A stretch of 64,000 nucleotides of DNA from Desulfurivibrionaceae bacterium (GTDB lineage: Bacteria; Desulfobacterota; Desulfobulbia; Desulfobulbales; SURF-16): positions 1,280 through 65,279 of the forward strand of contig JAVLBA010000005.1 in NCBI GenBank assembly GCA_031581485.1. The letters are read 5' to 3'. Below, in pieces: positions 37,558 through 48,877 of this stretch. The notes beneath the pieces are model-generated. The model ran no database searches. It saw only the letters and a program-made list of their open reading frames with translations, and had not been told where the DNA came from. A program made the position numbers and the translations under genes. The stretch's first letter is position 1; the number at the start of each line of letters is the position of its first letter.

Positions 37558-39534
37558 TCAGGCCGGCGGAGCGCTCTGGGCGGCCAGGAGATCCAGTTCC
37601 CTAAGCAGGCGGCCCTGCTCCTGACAAAAGGCCCGACCCCGGGACCGGATGGCCAGGGCAAGGACCTGGGGGATGTTAATGGCCCGGTTGCGGGCCAGTC
37701 TTTCCTGGTAATCACGCTCAAAATCAGCTGTTATCCGCAGCGACCAGTTATCGTCACTCACCGAGCCCGGCCGGTTGTAGATATCCCGGATCCCCAACAG
37801 GTCGGTGAAGAAGATCATGACGTGGCCGGCGGGTCCGACAAAGAGATCAGCAGCCTTGGCCTGGATCAGTTCACCTACGTCGGCGGCCACTTTGGCGCTC
37901 CAGCCCTCCCCTTCCGCACCCTCAGGCCGCAGACGCCAAGCCAGATAGTCGGCCTGCCGGCGGGCAACACCCGAGGCGCACCATTGCTCGGCCAGAAACC
38001 AGATGGAGGGGGTGTCATGGTTGCCCAGCATGATCCAGTCCTCAGGGCGGGCGTTCTCGCTGCGGTAGACATCATCCGGATTGTCCAGATCCGCCTTCTG
38101 GGTGACCCGGAAGCGGCCCAGTCCATAGCGCTCCATGACCCGCCGGATCGGATAGGGTTGGGTGGAGAGGATTTCGCAGGCAATGGCATGGGATTCCTGG
38201 CCCTGGCCATGGGTTGCCTTCATGATGACATCAAAGAGCAGGCCATAGCGCTCCACCTGGCCCGGCTCCAGATCCCGCACCCAGTCATCGGCATACCGGG
38301 GCCGATGGTGATTAATCTGCTCCGGTCGGGGGATGGCGAAGGCGGCAAGTTCCGGGTGGTCAGGGAGGTCCGGCGAGGCAAAGAGCCGCGCGCCGCCCTG
38401 CACCGCGGCCAGGGAGTCCTCCTGCTCTGCCCGGTAGACCCAGGGGCAGACCAGACCGTGGGGATGATCAATACGCAGGCCGTCGAACTCCCGGAGCATT
38501 TTTTCCAGTCGTTGGCGCAGGAAACAAAGAGCCGCACCGGGGCGGTCACTGCTGCCTGCGAAATACTGGTCAGGATCCAGCACCGGATAGTTCCAGGGTT
38601 GACCCGCCGGGTTGGTACGGCTGGGGGGGGCCCCCATCACATAGCCGGGGAGCAGAAAGGACTCCACGAACCAGCCATCACGATCGGAAAAGCCGATCTG
38701 CAGATCACCAAAGAGCTGGAGGCCCAACTGGTGGGCATGGTCCCGCAGCTGCCGATGCTGGCGATGCAGTAGAAACTGGGCAAAGGCATAGGCGGCAATG
38801 GCCTCACTATATTGGCTCAACAAGGTGCGCCGCCTGGAGGCATATTGCTCCCCCCCCTGCCAGAGATGGCGGTCGAGCCGGGCCTGGGGGCTACCCTTCC
38901 AGGCCTGCCAGTTGCGGTTACCATAATGATGACGCAGGGCCTCGTAGAGACCGTCCCGCCTGAGCCAGCCATTATTTTCCCGGCGGAAAAGGGCAAATTC
39001 TCCGGCCAGATCAGCAAGCTCTCCGCTCCCTTGCCCGGCCTGGAAAGCGGGCCATACCTCCTCCAGAATCCGGGCCCGGGCATAGCAGGCATACTCGTGC
39101 ACCGTCCGGAACCGAGCAGCCTGGGGCCGGTCCGCCACCAGCTCCGCCAGGGTCTGCCGGCGCAGCAGTTTGCCCCAGGCCGCGGTGGTGAGGGGCAAGG
39201 GCGCCAGGGAAAGGCGGTTGCGCGAAAAGAGGGTGCCGTCGTAAGGCGAGGGATTGGTGGGCGAGGTCATGCCCTGGGGACCCAGTTGCACACCGGTAAA
39301 GCCCAGACCACGGATAAAGGCGAAAAATTCCCGGGATCCTTGACTATAGGGGGAGCCCCGGCCGATATCCTCTTCCGGCCGGCAGGGAAAGGCCGCATCC
39401 TGAATGCCCAGCAGGAGGTGGCGGATACCAAGGAGCTGCAGGGCCTCCTGGATGGCAGCGGGGGGCTTGCCGCTGAAATGGGGATCATCGCCCTCCTGGG
39501 CCTGGCCGCCCACCGCCTCTTCGGGTTCAACCAT
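37558..39534 (-). CDS. malQ: 4-alpha-glucanotransferase (GH77, MalQ-like)
   Basis: GRGSPYS..., [17 protein letters not shown] blocks. 8-nt overlap with glgB. Confidence 0.88.
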   Translation of the reverse strand: MVEPEEAVGGQAQEGDDPHFSGKPPAAIQEALQLLGIRHLLLGIQDAAFPCRPEEDIGRGSPYSQGSREFFAFIRGLGFTGVQLGPQGMTSPTNPSPYDGTLFSRNRLSLAPLPLTTAAWGKLLRRQTLAELVADRPQAARFRTVHEYACYARARILEEVWPAFQAGQGSGELADLAGEFALFRRENNGWLRRDGLYEALRHHYGNRNWQAWKGSPQARLDRHLWQGGEQYASRRRTLLSQYSEAIAAYAFAQFLLHRQHRQLRDHAHQLGLQLFGDLQIGFSDRDGWFVESFLLPGYVMGAPPSRTNPAGQPWNYPVLDPDQYFAGSSDRPGAALCFLRQRLEKMLREFDGLRIDHPHGLVCPWVYRAEQEDSLAAVQGGARLFASPDLPDHPELAAFAIPRPEQINHHRPRYADDWVRDLEPGQVERYGLLFDVIMKATHGQGQESHAIACEILSTQPYPIRRVMERYGLGRFRVTQKADLDNPDDVYRSENARPEDWIMLGNHDTPSIWFLAEQWCASGVARRQADYLAWRLRPEGAEGEGWSAKVAADVGELIQAKAADLFVGPAGHVMIFFTDLLGIRDIYNRPGSVSDDNWSLRITADFERDYQERLARNRAINIPQVLALAIRSRGRAFCQEQGRLLRELDLLAAQSAPPA

Positions 39535-41431
39535 CGTCCTTTCTCCGGAAAACCACCATGGCCATGGGCGGCAGGGTCACCATGAGGGAGTGATAATGGC
39601 CAAAGGCCGCCACCGGGGTGGCTTCCACCCCGCCCAGATTGCCCTGGCCGGAGCCGCCGTAGAGGGGGGCATCACTGTTGAGGATCTCTGCCCAGAAACC
39701 ACTGAAGGGCACGCCCAGCCGATGATTATGGCGGGGGGTAGGGGTGAAGTTACAGGCACAGACCACCACGTCTTCCGGGTTTTGGCCGTGGCGGCTAAAA
39801 GAGATGACGCTTTCCTCGGAATCATTGGCATCCAGCCAGGAGAAGCCGGCACCTTCGAAGTCCAGTTCATAGAGGCTGGGTTCCCCCCGCAGGGTGGTAT
39901 TGAGATCCCGCACCCAGCGCTGCAGACCCCGGTGGTCGGCATCCGCAAGGAGATGCCAGTCCAGGCTGACATCGTGGTTCCACTCCGCCCATTGCCCGAA
40001 TTCATCCCCCATGAACAGGAGCTTCTTGCCGGGATGGGTGAACATGAATCCCAGCAGCAATCTGAGGTTGGCAAAGCGCTGCCAGCGGTCCCCCGGCATC
40101 TTGTCCAGCAGCGATCCCTTGCCGTGCACCACCTCGTCATGGGAAAGGGGCAGCAGAAAATTTTCCTGGAAGGCATAGACCAGGCTGAAGGTGAGCTTGT
40201 TGTGGTGGTACTTGCGGTGGATGGGATCCTTGCTCATGTAGAGGAGAATGTCGTGCATCCAGCCCATATTCCATTTGAGCCCGAAACCGAGCCCCCCCAC
40301 ATAGGTGGGCCGGGAAACCATGGGCCAGTCCGTGGATTCCTCAGCAGTCATGATCACATCCGGGTGTTCCTGATAGACCAGCTCATTGCAGCGCCGGACA
40401 AAGGCGATGGCCTCCAGATTCTCCCGGCCGCCGTAGATATTGGGGATCCACTCGCCTTCCTCCCGCGAATAATCAAGATAGAGCATACTGGCCACCGCGT
40501 CCATCCGGAGACCATCGACATGGTAGACCTCCAGCCAGAAGAGGGCATTGGCCAAAAGGAAATTGGCCACCTCCCGCCGGCCGAAATTGAAGATGGCGGT
40601 ATCCCAGTCCTGGTGCAGTCCCTGGCGGGGATCGGCGTGCTCGTAAAGATGTGTGCCGTCGAAATAGCCCAGGCCATGCTCGTCCCTGGGAAAATGGGCA
40701 GGCACCCAGTCGAGGATAACGCCAACACCGTGGCTGTGCAGAGAATCCACCAGATACATGAAGTCGTGGGGGGTGCCGAAGCGGCTGGTGGGGGCAAAAT
40801 AGCCCACCGGCTGATAGCCCCAGGAGCCGTCAAAGGGGTGTTCGGTGACGGGCAGGAACTCCACGTGGGTGAACCCCATCTCCGCTACATAGGCGGCCAG
40901 CTTTTCCGCCAGTTGCCGGTAGGTGAGCCAGCTATTGCCCTCCCCCCGCATCCAGGAGCCCAGATGGACCTCGTAGATGGAGATGGGGGCAGCCAGACCG
41001 TTTTTTTCCTTACGCTCCGCCATCCAGACGCCATCTCCCCATTCATAGCCCTCCAGATTCCAGATCCGGGAAGCGGTCTGGGGGGTGATTTCCGCGGCAA
41101 AGCCGAAGGGATCGGCCTTCTGGACCCGGTACTCGCCGTAGCGGGAGTCAATGGCGTATTTATAGAGCTGGCCATGACCGGCCCCTGGCACAAATCCCAC
41201 CCAGAAGCCGCTGCTGAGATAGTTCTCCAGCATGGCTACTCCTTCCTGCCACTCATTGAAATCCCCCACCACAGATACCGCGGCAGCGCCCGGCGCCCAC
41301 ACCGCAAACCAGCAGCCCTGCTTGCCCTGCTCTTCACCGGGATGGGCGCCAAGCTTTTCCCAGGCCCGATAATGCACCCCCTCCCCCAGCAGGTGCAGGT
41401 CATATTCGGAGAGAAAAGAGGTCTTGATCAT
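39527..41431 (-). CDS. glgB: 1,4-alpha-glucan branching enzyme
   Basis: [55 protein letters not shown]. Confidence 0.95.
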   Translation of the reverse strand: MIKTSFLSEYDLHLLGEGVHYRAWEKLGAHPGEEQGKQGCWFAVWAPGAAAVSVVGDFNEWQEGVAMLENYLSSGFWVGFVPGAGHGQLYKYAIDSRYGEYRVQKADPFGFAAEITPQTASRIWNLEGYEWGDGVWMAERKEKNGLAAPISIYEVHLGSWMRGEGNSWLTYRQLAEKLAAYVAEMGFTHVEFLPVTEHPFDGSWGYQPVGYFAPTSRFGTPHDFMYLVDSLHSHGVGVILDWVPAHFPRDEHGLGYFDGTHLYEHADPRQGLHQDWDTAIFNFGRREVANFLLANALFWLEVYHVDGLRMDAVASMLYLDYSREEGEWIPNIYGGRENLEAIAFVRRCNELVYQEHPDVIMTAEESTDWPMVSRPTYVGGLGFGLKWNMGWMHDILLYMSKDPIHRKYHHNKLTFSLVYAFQENFLLPLSHDEVVHGKGSLLDKMPGDRWQRFANLRLLLGFMFTHPGKKLLFMGDEFGQWAEWNHDVSLDWHLLADADHRGLQRWVRDLNTTLRGEPSLYELDFEGAGFSWLDANDSEESVISFSRHGQNPEDVVVCACNFTPTPRHNHRLGVPFSGFWAEILNSDAPLYGGSGQGNLGGVEATPVAAFGHYHSLMVTLPPMAMVVFRRKDDG

Positions 41432-44400
41432 AACGATATCTCCTTACTGCCCGGCAGAAAGGCCAGGATCCCCTCCAGGGGGATGCGCAGCCAGTCGGGG
41501 CGGTTGTTCAGTTCATATTCGGTTTCGTAGAAGGCCTTATCAAGAAGAAAAGAGTGGAGCAGCAGTTCCAGGTGCTTTTCCCTGGCAGGCATAAAGGAGG
41601 CCCCTTCGGCGGCCTCAAGATAGCCGTGCAGGAAGGCGGCCCTGACCCATTCCTCCCAACCCTGCAGCCTCTCCCCCAGCAAGGCCGCTTCCGGAGCGGC
41701 TATTTCCTGGCGGGAAAAAAGGGTGCTGGTGGCGGCATAGGCAAAGGAGCGGAGCATGCCGGCCACGTCTTTGATGGGGGATTGTTTCTCCTGGCGGGCA
41801 GCCAGGCTCCTCATGGGTTCCCCTTCAAAATCGAGCAATATCCAGTCCGTGCCCTGCCGCAGCACCTGACCCAGATGGTAGTCGCCATGGCAGCGGATAC
41901 GGGTGGCCCGGCTTTTGATGGCGGCCAGGTCATAAAAACGGTTGATGAGCCGGTCACCCTGGGCAAGGGCCAGATTGGCCCGGACCTGGATGTCGGGGGG
42001 CAGTTCCTGCAGCCTGGCGTTGAGATGCTCCAGGGCCTGCCTGGCATGCCGGGAGAAAATGTCCGCCAGGCTCTGAAGATAGGCCTCATCCAACGGTTCC
42101 GGCCTGAAGTCGGGTTGCCGGGTGGAGCCGGCCAGGGCCACATGAAACTCGGCGGTCCGCCTGCCCAGGTTTTCAAAGGTGATGAGCTGCTCTTCGGTAA
42201 AGGCTGCACAGCCGCTGCTTTCGCCATAGGCAGCAGCGGCCGCCAGAAGGGGCAGGCCGGCAAAGGGCCGGAGCTCTTCTGCGGGCAGATCCGGGCTGCG
42301 CTCCAGAAAATCCTGGACCGACTGCAGGGCATAGCCCCAGCCCTCGCCGTCGCTGGCCAGATAGGGCTGGAGCATGGCCAGGGCCGAGGTCTGGCCCTGG
42401 AAGTTGAGGATAATGCCGCCGGCCACAGGCGCCAGGGCCCTGAAGTCGGTATGATCGGTGAGCTGCAGGCTGATGGCGAAATCGGGATTGGTACCCTCTT
42501 CAAGGCGCCGGTACAGCTTGAGAATGGCCCGCTCATCCAGGACCACGGAACTGTTGCTCTGTTCAACCCCCAGGCGGCGCACCTGGCCGCAGGGGCTTTC
42601 CACGGGCAGGGCCTGCTCAAAGGCATGGGTGGCAAAGGCCTGGATGGTGCCCCCGCCAACGGTGGCAAAACTCCGGCTGTCCGCCATGGCCTCAAAGAGT
42701 TCGCAACAGGCAATCCGGTCCGTCAGTCCATCCAGGAAGAGGCCGTCCGCCTTGGGGGTCTTGAACAGGGCAAGGACACTTTCCGGGGCCTCGGCAGCCA
42801 GCCGGGCCGCAGCCGGGCCGGTCACCACCTTGAGGGGCAGGCAATATGTTTCCCGGTCACCTTCGCTGAAGCTTACCCTCAAAAAGAGGATGAAGAAGCC
42901 GCCCCCCATCTTGCTCCAGTCAGAGACCGCAACCCCGGTGATGGTCCGGGATTTGCTCCGGAACCAGCGCTGGCCAGGGAGCCAGGGGGCCAGGATCTCG
43001 TTTTCCAGGGCATAGCGGAAGGCCCCTTCCAGCTCACCGCTCCAGTTCTCCTCAATGGCCAGGGCCGGAATAGGGGGGGCAACACCAGCCGGGGTGGCAG
43101 CCAGATGAATGGCCTCGGCCGGCGGTTCCAGCCGGAACCAGTAGAAGGAATGGGGGCCGATGGTGAGAAAATAGGGCAGATCGCCGATGGTGGGAAATTC
43201 GGTGCGGCCGATCATCTCCACCGGCACCCATTCCCGGAATTCAGAGAGGTCGAGCTCAAGGGGCTGGACAAAGCGGGAGAGGTTGGCCACGGCCATGATC
43301 ACCTCTGTTTTATAGCGCCGCAGATAGACCAGCACCTTGCGGTTCTCGGGCCGCAGGAATTCGAGGCTGCCCCGACCAAAGGCCTTGTGCTGGCGGCGCA
43401 GCGCTATCATCCGTTTCATGAAATGGAGCAGCGACGAGGGGTCCCGCTCCTGGCCCTCCACGTTAATGGCCGCGTAGCCGTAGACCGGATCCACGATGAC
43501 CGGCATATAGAGACGGGCGGCATCGGCCTTGGAGAAACCGGCATTGCGGTCGGCGCACCACTGCATGGGGGTGCGCACGCCGTTGCGGTCGCCGAGAAAG
43601 ATGTTGTCCCCCATGCCGATCTCATCGCCGTAATAGATGATCGGCGTGCCGGGCAGGGAAAAGAGCAGGCTGTTGAGTAATTCCATGCGCCGCCGGGAGT
43701 TGTTGAGAAGCGGGGCCAACCGGCGGCGGATGCCGACGTTCATGCGCATGCGGGGATCCTGGGCGTATTCGCGGTACATATAGTCCCGCTCCTCATCCGT
43801 GACCATCTCCAGGGTGAGCTCGTCGTGGTTGCGCAGGAAAATGGCCCACTGGCAGTTGGCAGGAATAGCCGGGGTAGACTCCAGGATCTCGGTGATGGGC
43901 CGGCGATCCTCTTTGCGCACGGCCATATATATCCTGGGCATGAGCGGGAAATGGAAGGCCATGTGGCACTCGTCCCCTTCCCCGAAATAGGCCGCTGTAT
44001 CCGCGGGCCACTGGTTGGCCTCGGCCAGCAACATGCGGTCCTTGTAATTGCGGTCCATCTGCCGCCGTATCTCCTTGATCACCGCGTGGGTCTCCGGCAG
44101 ATTTTCGTTGTTGGTGCCCTCCCGGACACAGAGGTAAGGCACGGCATCGAGCCTGAGACCATCCACACCCAGGTCAAACCAGAAATTGAGCACCCGGGTG
44201 ACCGCCTTCACCACCTGGGGATTATTGAGGTTCAAGTCCGGCTGATGGGAGAAGAAGCGGTGCCAGTAATAGGAACCTGCCACCGGGTCCCAGGCCCAGT
44301 TGGAGGTCTCGGTATCGGTGAAGATGATCCGTGTTTCCGGAAACTTGGTGTCTGTAGCACTCCACACATAGTAGCGGTGACGGGCTGAGCCCGGCTTGGC

Positions 44401-44766
44401 CCGGCGGGCCGCCTGGAACCAGGGATGCTGATCCGAGGTGTGGTTTATCACCAACTCGGTGATGATCCGCAAACCCCGGTCATGGGCCTCCTTCACAAAG
44501 TGGCGGAAATCGCGGAGGGTGCCGTAATCGGGATGCACCCCCCGGTAGTCGGAGATGTCGTAGCCGTCGTCCCGGCCCGGCGAAGGATAAAAGGGCAGCA
44601 GCCAGAGGGTGTTGACGCCCAGGGCCTGGATGTAGTCGAGCTTGCTGATCAACCCCCGGAAATCACCCTGGCCGTCGCCGTTCTGGTCGTAGAAGGCCTT
44701 GACGTGCAATTCATAGATGATGGCGTCCTTGTACCAGAGGGGTGGGGCCTGTTTTTTCGCATCCAT
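41428..44766 (-). CDS. treS: trehalose synthase (maltose alpha-D-glucosyltransferase) fused to maltokinase (TreS-Pep2)
   Basis: N-terminal half [16 protein letters not shown]...[11 protein letters not shown]...[10 protein letters not shown]-terminal half has kinase motifs [11 protein letters not shown] and LLDFEGEP. 1112 aa. Confidence 0.93.
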   Translation of the reverse strand: MDAKKQAPPLWYKDAIIYELHVKAFYDQNGDGQGDFRGLISKLDYIQALGVNTLWLLPFYPSPGRDDGYDISDYRGVHPDYGTLRDFRHFVKEAHDRGLRIITELVINHTSDQHPWFQAARRAKPGSARHRYYVWSATDTKFPETRIIFTDTETSNWAWDPVAGSYYWHRFFSHQPDLNLNNPQVVKAVTRVLNFWFDLGVDGLRLDAVPYLCVREGTNNENLPETHAVIKEIRRQMDRNYKDRMLLAEANQWPADTAAYFGEGDECHMAFHFPLMPRIYMAVRKEDRRPITEILESTPAIPANCQWAIFLRNHDELTLEMVTDEERDYMYREYAQDPRMRMNVGIRRRLAPLLNNSRRRMELLNSLLFSLPGTPIIYYGDEIGMGDNIFLGDRNGVRTPMQWCADRNAGFSKADAARLYMPVIVDPVYGYAAINVEGQERDPSSLLHFMKRMIALRRQHKAFGRGSLEFLRPENRKVLVYLRRYKTEVIMAVANLSRFVQPLELDLSEFREWVPVEMIGRTEFPTIGDLPYFLTIGPHSFYWFRLEPPAEAIHLAATPAGVAPPIPALAIEENWSGELEGAFRYALENEILAPWLPGQRWFRSKSRTITGVAVSDWSKMGGGFFILFLRVSFSEGDRETYCLPLKVVTGPAAARLAAEAPESVLALFKTPKADGLFLDGLTDRIACCELFEAMADSRSFATVGGGTIQAFATHAFEQALPVESPCGQVRRLGVEQSNSSVVLDERAILKLYRRLEEGTNPDFAISLQLTDHTDFRALAPVAGGIILNFQGQTSALAMLQPYLASDGEGWGYALQSVQDFLERSPDLPAEELRPFAGLPLLAAAAAYGESSGCAAFTEEQLITFENLGRRTAEFHVALAGSTRQPDFRPEPLDEAYLQSLADIFSRHARQALEHLNARLQELPPDIQVRANLALAQGDRLINRFYDLAAIKSRATRIRCHGDYHLGQVLRQGTDWILLDFEGEPMRSLAARQEKQSPIKDVAGMLRSFAYAATSTLFSRQEIAAPEAALLGERLQGWEEWVRAAFLHGYLEAAEGASFMPAREKHLELLLHSFLLDKAFYETEYELNNRPDWLRIPLEGILAFLPGSKEISL

Positions 44767-44841
44767 ATTTTTTTGAGTTCCCTCAGAAATGGCTTGTTCA
44801 GACTGTCGCCGCCTATGGGTCGGCGGGTTGGGCCAGGCATC

Positions 44842-46857
44842 TTACATGAAATAATCAAAATCCCGTTCCGTGCGTATCCGCCGCCGCACCAGGAAGATCT
44901 GGGCCGGCGACGAGGCCGGATCGAGGCGCAGATAGTTGCGGGGCCCCTGCCAGAGGTAGCGCCCACCGCCCAGCAGGTCATGCACCTGATAGACTTCGTT
45001 TTCGGTAATGCCGAACTCTCCCACCGGCAGCTCAAGCCATCCCTGGTGGGCATGGTGGGGATCGAGATTCACCGCCACCAGGATGATATTGCTGTTATCC
45101 GGGGTGGTCTTGCCGTAGCAGAGGATCTGCTCATTGTCCACCGGATAGAAGCGCAGATGGAAATTGTGGGCCAGGGCCGGGTTCTCCCGCCGGATACGGT
45201 TCACCAGTCTGATGTGCTCGGTGAGGTTGCCGGGCCGATTCCACTCCCGCCGGCGGATCTGGAATTTCTCCGAGTCCCGGTACTCCTCGGTGCCGGGCAG
45301 GGCCTCTGCTTCGCAAAGCTCAAAGCCGCTGTATACGCCGTAACAGGAACTCAAGGTGGCGGCAAGGACCAGCCGGACAATAAAGGCGGGACGCCCCCCG
45401 AACTGGAGATACTCGGGCAGAATGTCCGGGGTATTGACGAAGAAATTGGGCCGGAAAAACTCCCGCACCTCGCTGCGGGTAAGCTCGGAGAGATATTGGC
45501 TTATCTCGTGGCCGGTATTGCGCCAGGTGAAGTAGGTGTAGGACTGGTTGAAGCCCACCTTGGCCAGGGTGTACATCACCGCCGGCCGGGTAAAGGCCTC
45601 GGCCAGGAAAATAACCTCTGGCCGGGCTGCCCTGATCCGGCCGATGAGCCAGGCCCAGAAGCGGAGGGGCTTGGTATGGGGATTGTCCACCCGGAAAATG
45701 GTGATGCCCTGATCCATCCAGTACAGCACGATATCCGCCAGGGCCTGCCAGAGCTCCCGCCACTCCTGGCAGTCGAAATCAATGGGATAGATATCCTCAT
45801 ATTTCTTGGGCGGATTTTCCGCATATTTTATGGTACCGTCAGGTCGATGCCGGAACCATTCAGGATGTTCCTTCACCCAAGGGTGATCCGGCGAACACTG
45901 GAAGGCGATATCCAGGGCCACCATCAGGCCATGTGTGTGGGCCGCTTCCACGAAATGATGGAAATCCTCCAGGGTGCCCAGAGCCGGATGAATGGAGTCA
46001 TGCCCCCCCTCTGCAGCGCCGATGGCCCAGGGACTGCCCGGATCATCCGGCCCGGCTGCCCTGCTGTTATTCTTACCCTTGCGATTGGTGCGGCCGATGG
46101 GGTGAATGGGCGGCAGATAGAGGATGTCAAATCCCATCCGGGCCACATAGGGGAGAAGCCCCTCGGCATCCCGGAAGGTGCCGGACCTGCCGGGTTCCGT
46201 GGTGGCGGAACGGGGAAAGAGCTCGTACCAGGCACTGAACCGGGCATGTATCGGGTCTACGTCCACGGCCAGGGCAGGATGCTCCGTGGCCCCCTGGCGA
46301 TCAGCATAGCGACCCATGACGCTCTGCAGGTCTGGGGCCAGGCCTGCTTCAATACGGAGAGCAACAGGCTGCTCCTGATCGGCAAGCAGGGCGGCGTGAT
46401 CAACAAGCAGGGCCCGATCCTGGTCAGCAGCGCGATCAGCAGCCCTCACCACCATGGCCGCCCCTTCCAGCAGTTCGCTGCCCACCTCCTGGCCGAGGCC
46501 GGCTTTCTTCTGTAAATCATGCTGCCAGGTGGCAAAGAAATCCACCCAGCCCATCACCGAATAGCAGTACGGTTCCAGGCTGGTGATGGCGAAGGAGGCG
46601 CGCCACCGGTCATTGCCGAGAAAAGCCATGGGCACCTCCCACCATTCCTCGGCCGCCGTGGGCCGGTAGCGGAGCACGGCGGCCAGGACGTCGTGACCGT
46701 CGGCAAAGACGTCGGCGCTCACCCGCACCTCCTCACCGGGTGTCCGCTTGATGGGGTAGCGGCCATTATCCACCGCAGGCCTGATATTTTCAATCCAGAC
46801 CCGCCGACCGAGGTCCTTATCTAGGGGGGCCAGGGTGGAATGGGGGCTCTGCTTCAT
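44842..46857 (-). CDS. glgE: alpha-1,4-glucan:maltose-1-phosphate maltosyltransferase
   Basis: N-terminal IENIRPAVDNGRYPIKRTPGEEVRVSADVFADGHD, then GH13 blocks FRVDNPH, FLAEAFT. Start at ATG 46857 with AAGGAGGA upstream. Confidence 0.92.
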   Translation of the reverse strand: MKQSPHSTLAPLDKDLGRRVWIENIRPAVDNGRYPIKRTPGEEVRVSADVFADGHDVLAAVLRYRPTAAEEWWEVPMAFLGNDRWRASFAITSLEPYCYSVMGWVDFFATWQHDLQKKAGLGQEVGSELLEGAAMVVRAADRAADQDRALLVDHAALLADQEQPVALRIEAGLAPDLQSVMGRYADRQGATEHPALAVDVDPIHARFSAWYELFPRSATTEPGRSGTFRDAEGLLPYVARMGFDILYLPPIHPIGRTNRKGKNNSRAAGPDDPGSPWAIGAAEGGHDSIHPALGTLEDFHHFVEAAHTHGLMVALDIAFQCSPDHPWVKEHPEWFRHRPDGTIKYAENPPKKYEDIYPIDFDCQEWRELWQALADIVLYWMDQGITIFRVDNPHTKPLRFWAWLIGRIRAARPEVIFLAEAFTRPAVMYTLAKVGFNQSYTYFTWRNTGHEISQYLSELTRSEVREFFRPNFFVNTPDILPEYLQFGGRPAFIVRLVLAATLSSCYGVYSGFELCEAEALPGTEEYRDSEKFQIRRREWNRPGNLTEHIRLVNRIRRENPALAHNFHLRFYPVDNEQILCYGKTTPDNSNIILVAVNLDPHHAHQGWLELPVGEFGITENEVYQVHDLLGGGRYLWQGPRNYLRLDPASSPAQIFLVRRRIRTERDFDYFM

Positions 46858-46973
46858 TCTGCGTCCTCCTTCGTTGCCGTAAAAGTTGAGGAGGCGATCA
46901 TCGCCTGCCGACAAGGGTACACGGGACAAGGGAAACAGGAGACGGTATTGACTAAAAAAACAACCTTCTCTTA

Positions 46974-47002
46974 TTTTTATGGTACGCGACCGGCAGTGTC
47001 AA
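46974..47002 (-). promoter_or_regulatory. sigma-70-type promoter candidate for the glgE operon
   Basis: Minus strand TTGACA (47002..46997), a 17-nt spacer, then TAAAAA (46979..46974). About 115 nt upstream of the glgE ATG. Confidence 0.45.
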
Positions 47003-47054
47003 CCTGCAATCCCGTACCGAGGAAGGCGCCCTCACCACCAAACAAGGGGCAAGC

Positions 47055-47093
47055 AAAACGTGCTGCCAGCCACCAGGAAGTGAGGTGGGCAGC
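47055..47093 (-). terminator. terminator-like hairpin (second of two after cfa)
   Basis: Minus strand GCUGCCCACC-UCACUUCCU-GGUGGCUGGCAGC followed by ACGUUUUGC. Confidence 0.4.
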
Positions 47094-47125
47094 TCTACGG
47101 CCCTTGGCAGGCTCTGGGGAGGGGG

Positions 47126-47177
47126 AAAAAATTCTGAGGGCTCTGCCGGTAAGAGCAGTCGCTATTGCCGGCAGAGC
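47126..47177 (-). terminator. terminator-like hairpin (first after cfa)
   Basis: Minus strand GCUCUGCCGG-18 nt loop-CCGGCAGAGC, then CCUCAGAA, then UUUUUU. The U-run is 8 nt from the stem, so this is atypical. Confidence 0.4.
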
Positions 47178-47318
47178 AGGGAGATGTTTTGGCCCTGAGA
47201 GGAGCACCGGCCGCGGAGCGCGCTTCTCGCCCATAACGGCAGTGACGCCCAGGGTTTCCATCTACTTGACCCTGAGTCCGAGCCATGGGCCAGACCGATC
47301 CCCTTGATTTCCGCTCTG

Positions 47319-48452
47319 TCAGCGATGACTCTGATAGCTGCCCAATCTGCCGTTCTGGGAAAGGACGACCTGCCATACCTGTATTTTCCGGGCCCGGAAT
47401 ACCCCGGCCAGGGAGAGGAGATAATATTTCCACATCCGATAGAAGGTGTCGTTGTAGCTGTCCTTCAGCTTGGGCCAGCTCCGATCAAAATTGGCAAACC
47501 AGCTGGTCAGGGTTTTGTCGTAATGAACGCCCATGTTATGCCAGTCTTCCATGACCAGCAGCTCTTCACTGGCCTTGCCCACCTGCTCGATGGAGGGGAG
47601 CATGCCGTTGGGGAAAATGTACTTGTCAATCCAGGGATCGCCGTGATAACTCGACTTGTTGGAGCCGATGGTATGCAGCAGAAAGAGGGCCTCCGGCTTC
47701 AGGCAGCGGTTCACCACCTGCATGAACTGGCGGTAATTTTTATAGCCCACATGCTCGAACATGCCCACCGAGACAATGGCGTCGAACTGCTCTGAGAGAT
47801 CGCGATAATCCTGGAGGCGGATGTCGATGGGCAAGCCGGCGCAACGCGTGCGGGCCAGTTTGGCCTGTTCCGTGGAAATGGTCACCCCCACGGCTTCCAC
47901 GCCATAGTTCTGGGCCGCATAGCGGACAAAACTTCCCCAGCCGCAGCCGATGTCCAGAACACGCATGCCGGGTTCCAGCTCTATCTTCCGGCAAATGAGA
48001 TCCAGCTTGGCCTCCTGGGCCGCGGTGAGATCATGGGTGCCGTTTTGCCAGTAGGCACAACTGTAGGTCATGTGCTTGTCCAGCATCGACTCGAACAGGT
48101 CGTTGCCCACATCGTAATGTTTTTTCCCCACCTCCAGGGCCTTTTTTTTGTTCTGGCAGTTGGAGAGGGTGGCCTTGAGGCCACAGAGGATAGCAGCCCT
48201 GGACTTTCTGATTTTTTGCTCCAGGCCGCTTCTGAGGATCCGAAAGAATAACTGATCAAGGGCGACAGCGTCCCACCAGCCAGCCATATAGGACTCCCCA
48301 AGGGCCAGCGAACCATTAGAGAGAAGGTGGTTGTAGAATTCGGGACTGTGGACCTGGATGTCCCAGGGCCGGGGGCCGTTGATACTGATATCAGCCAGGG
48401 CAAGGACTTCCGAAATTGTCTGCTCTGCTTTGTCTTGGATGATGGGTGACAT
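47319..48452 (-). CDS. cfa: cyclopropane-fatty-acyl-phospholipid synthase
   Basis: HYDVGNDLFESMLD, SAM motif VLDIGCGWGSF, FEHVG, and the C-terminal WRMWKYYL block. Confidence 0.93.
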   Translation of the reverse strand: MSPIIQDKAEQTISEVLALADISINGPRPWDIQVHSPEFYNHLLSNGSLALGESYMAGWWDAVALDQLFFRILRSGLEQKIRKSRAAILCGLKATLSNCQNKKKALEVGKKHYDVGNDLFESMLDKHMTYSCAYWQNGTHDLTAAQEAKLDLICRKIELEPGMRVLDIGCGWGSFVRYAAQNYGVEAVGVTISTEQAKLARTRCAGLPIDIRLQDYRDLSEQFDAIVSVGMFEHVGYKNYRQFMQVVNRCLKPEALFLLHTIGSNKSSYHGDPWIDKYIFPNGMLPSIEQVGKASEELLVMEDWHNMGVHYDKTLTSWFANFDRSWPKLKDSYNDTFYRMWKYYLLSLAGVFRARKIQVWQVVLSQNGRLGSYQSHR

Positions 48453-48877
48453 ATTTATGCGCGACCTCCTCTCACCAGATTTCGTATTGTAGACCTGTCG
48501 GATTAACCACCTAGAACGTCAGGCAAAAGGGCCTGATTTCCCCCAATGCCGCTTTCCAGCCAGCATGCCGGGACAAGAGCCCTTTCTATTGGCATATCAT
48601 GCCCCCTGCCAGGAAAACAAGGGGAACCAAAAAAGATCATCTTTTTTCGCGCTCTGTATCGGGTCGCCCCCTCCCACAAGAGGAAGACAGCACTCCCCGG
48701 CTAGGCCCAGAATTACCTTGCAGCAGGGAGGCGGGCATGCTAAAAATTTCTTCTTTTTGCCCGGGCCGTTTGGTGCAGAAACAGGCTTGCCAGTGCCAGG
48801 CCGTCAACGCCTGCAGGGCCATACCCGCACGGCCCCTCATATGCCGCTTCTTTGTTAACGGCCCCCAAGGACTCTCC

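Noticed and set aside
36721-46515. Very long plus-strand ORFs (36721..38772, 39404..41530, 41554..43680, 44425..46515; 683-708 aa each).
   Set aside because: They are antisense to the well-supported MFS, malQ, glgB, treS and glgE genes. Their translations are Gly/Arg/Pro/His/Gln-rich with no recognisable motifs. These are typical shadow ORFs of GC-rich DNA.
47140-47177. GGUAAGAGC inside a hairpin loop recalled the conserved RNase P RNA motif.
   Set aside because: The other universally conserved RNase P blocks (GAGGAAAGUCCGGGC, ACAGAACCCGGCUUA) are absent on both strands. The hairpin is better explained as a terminator-like structure after cfa.
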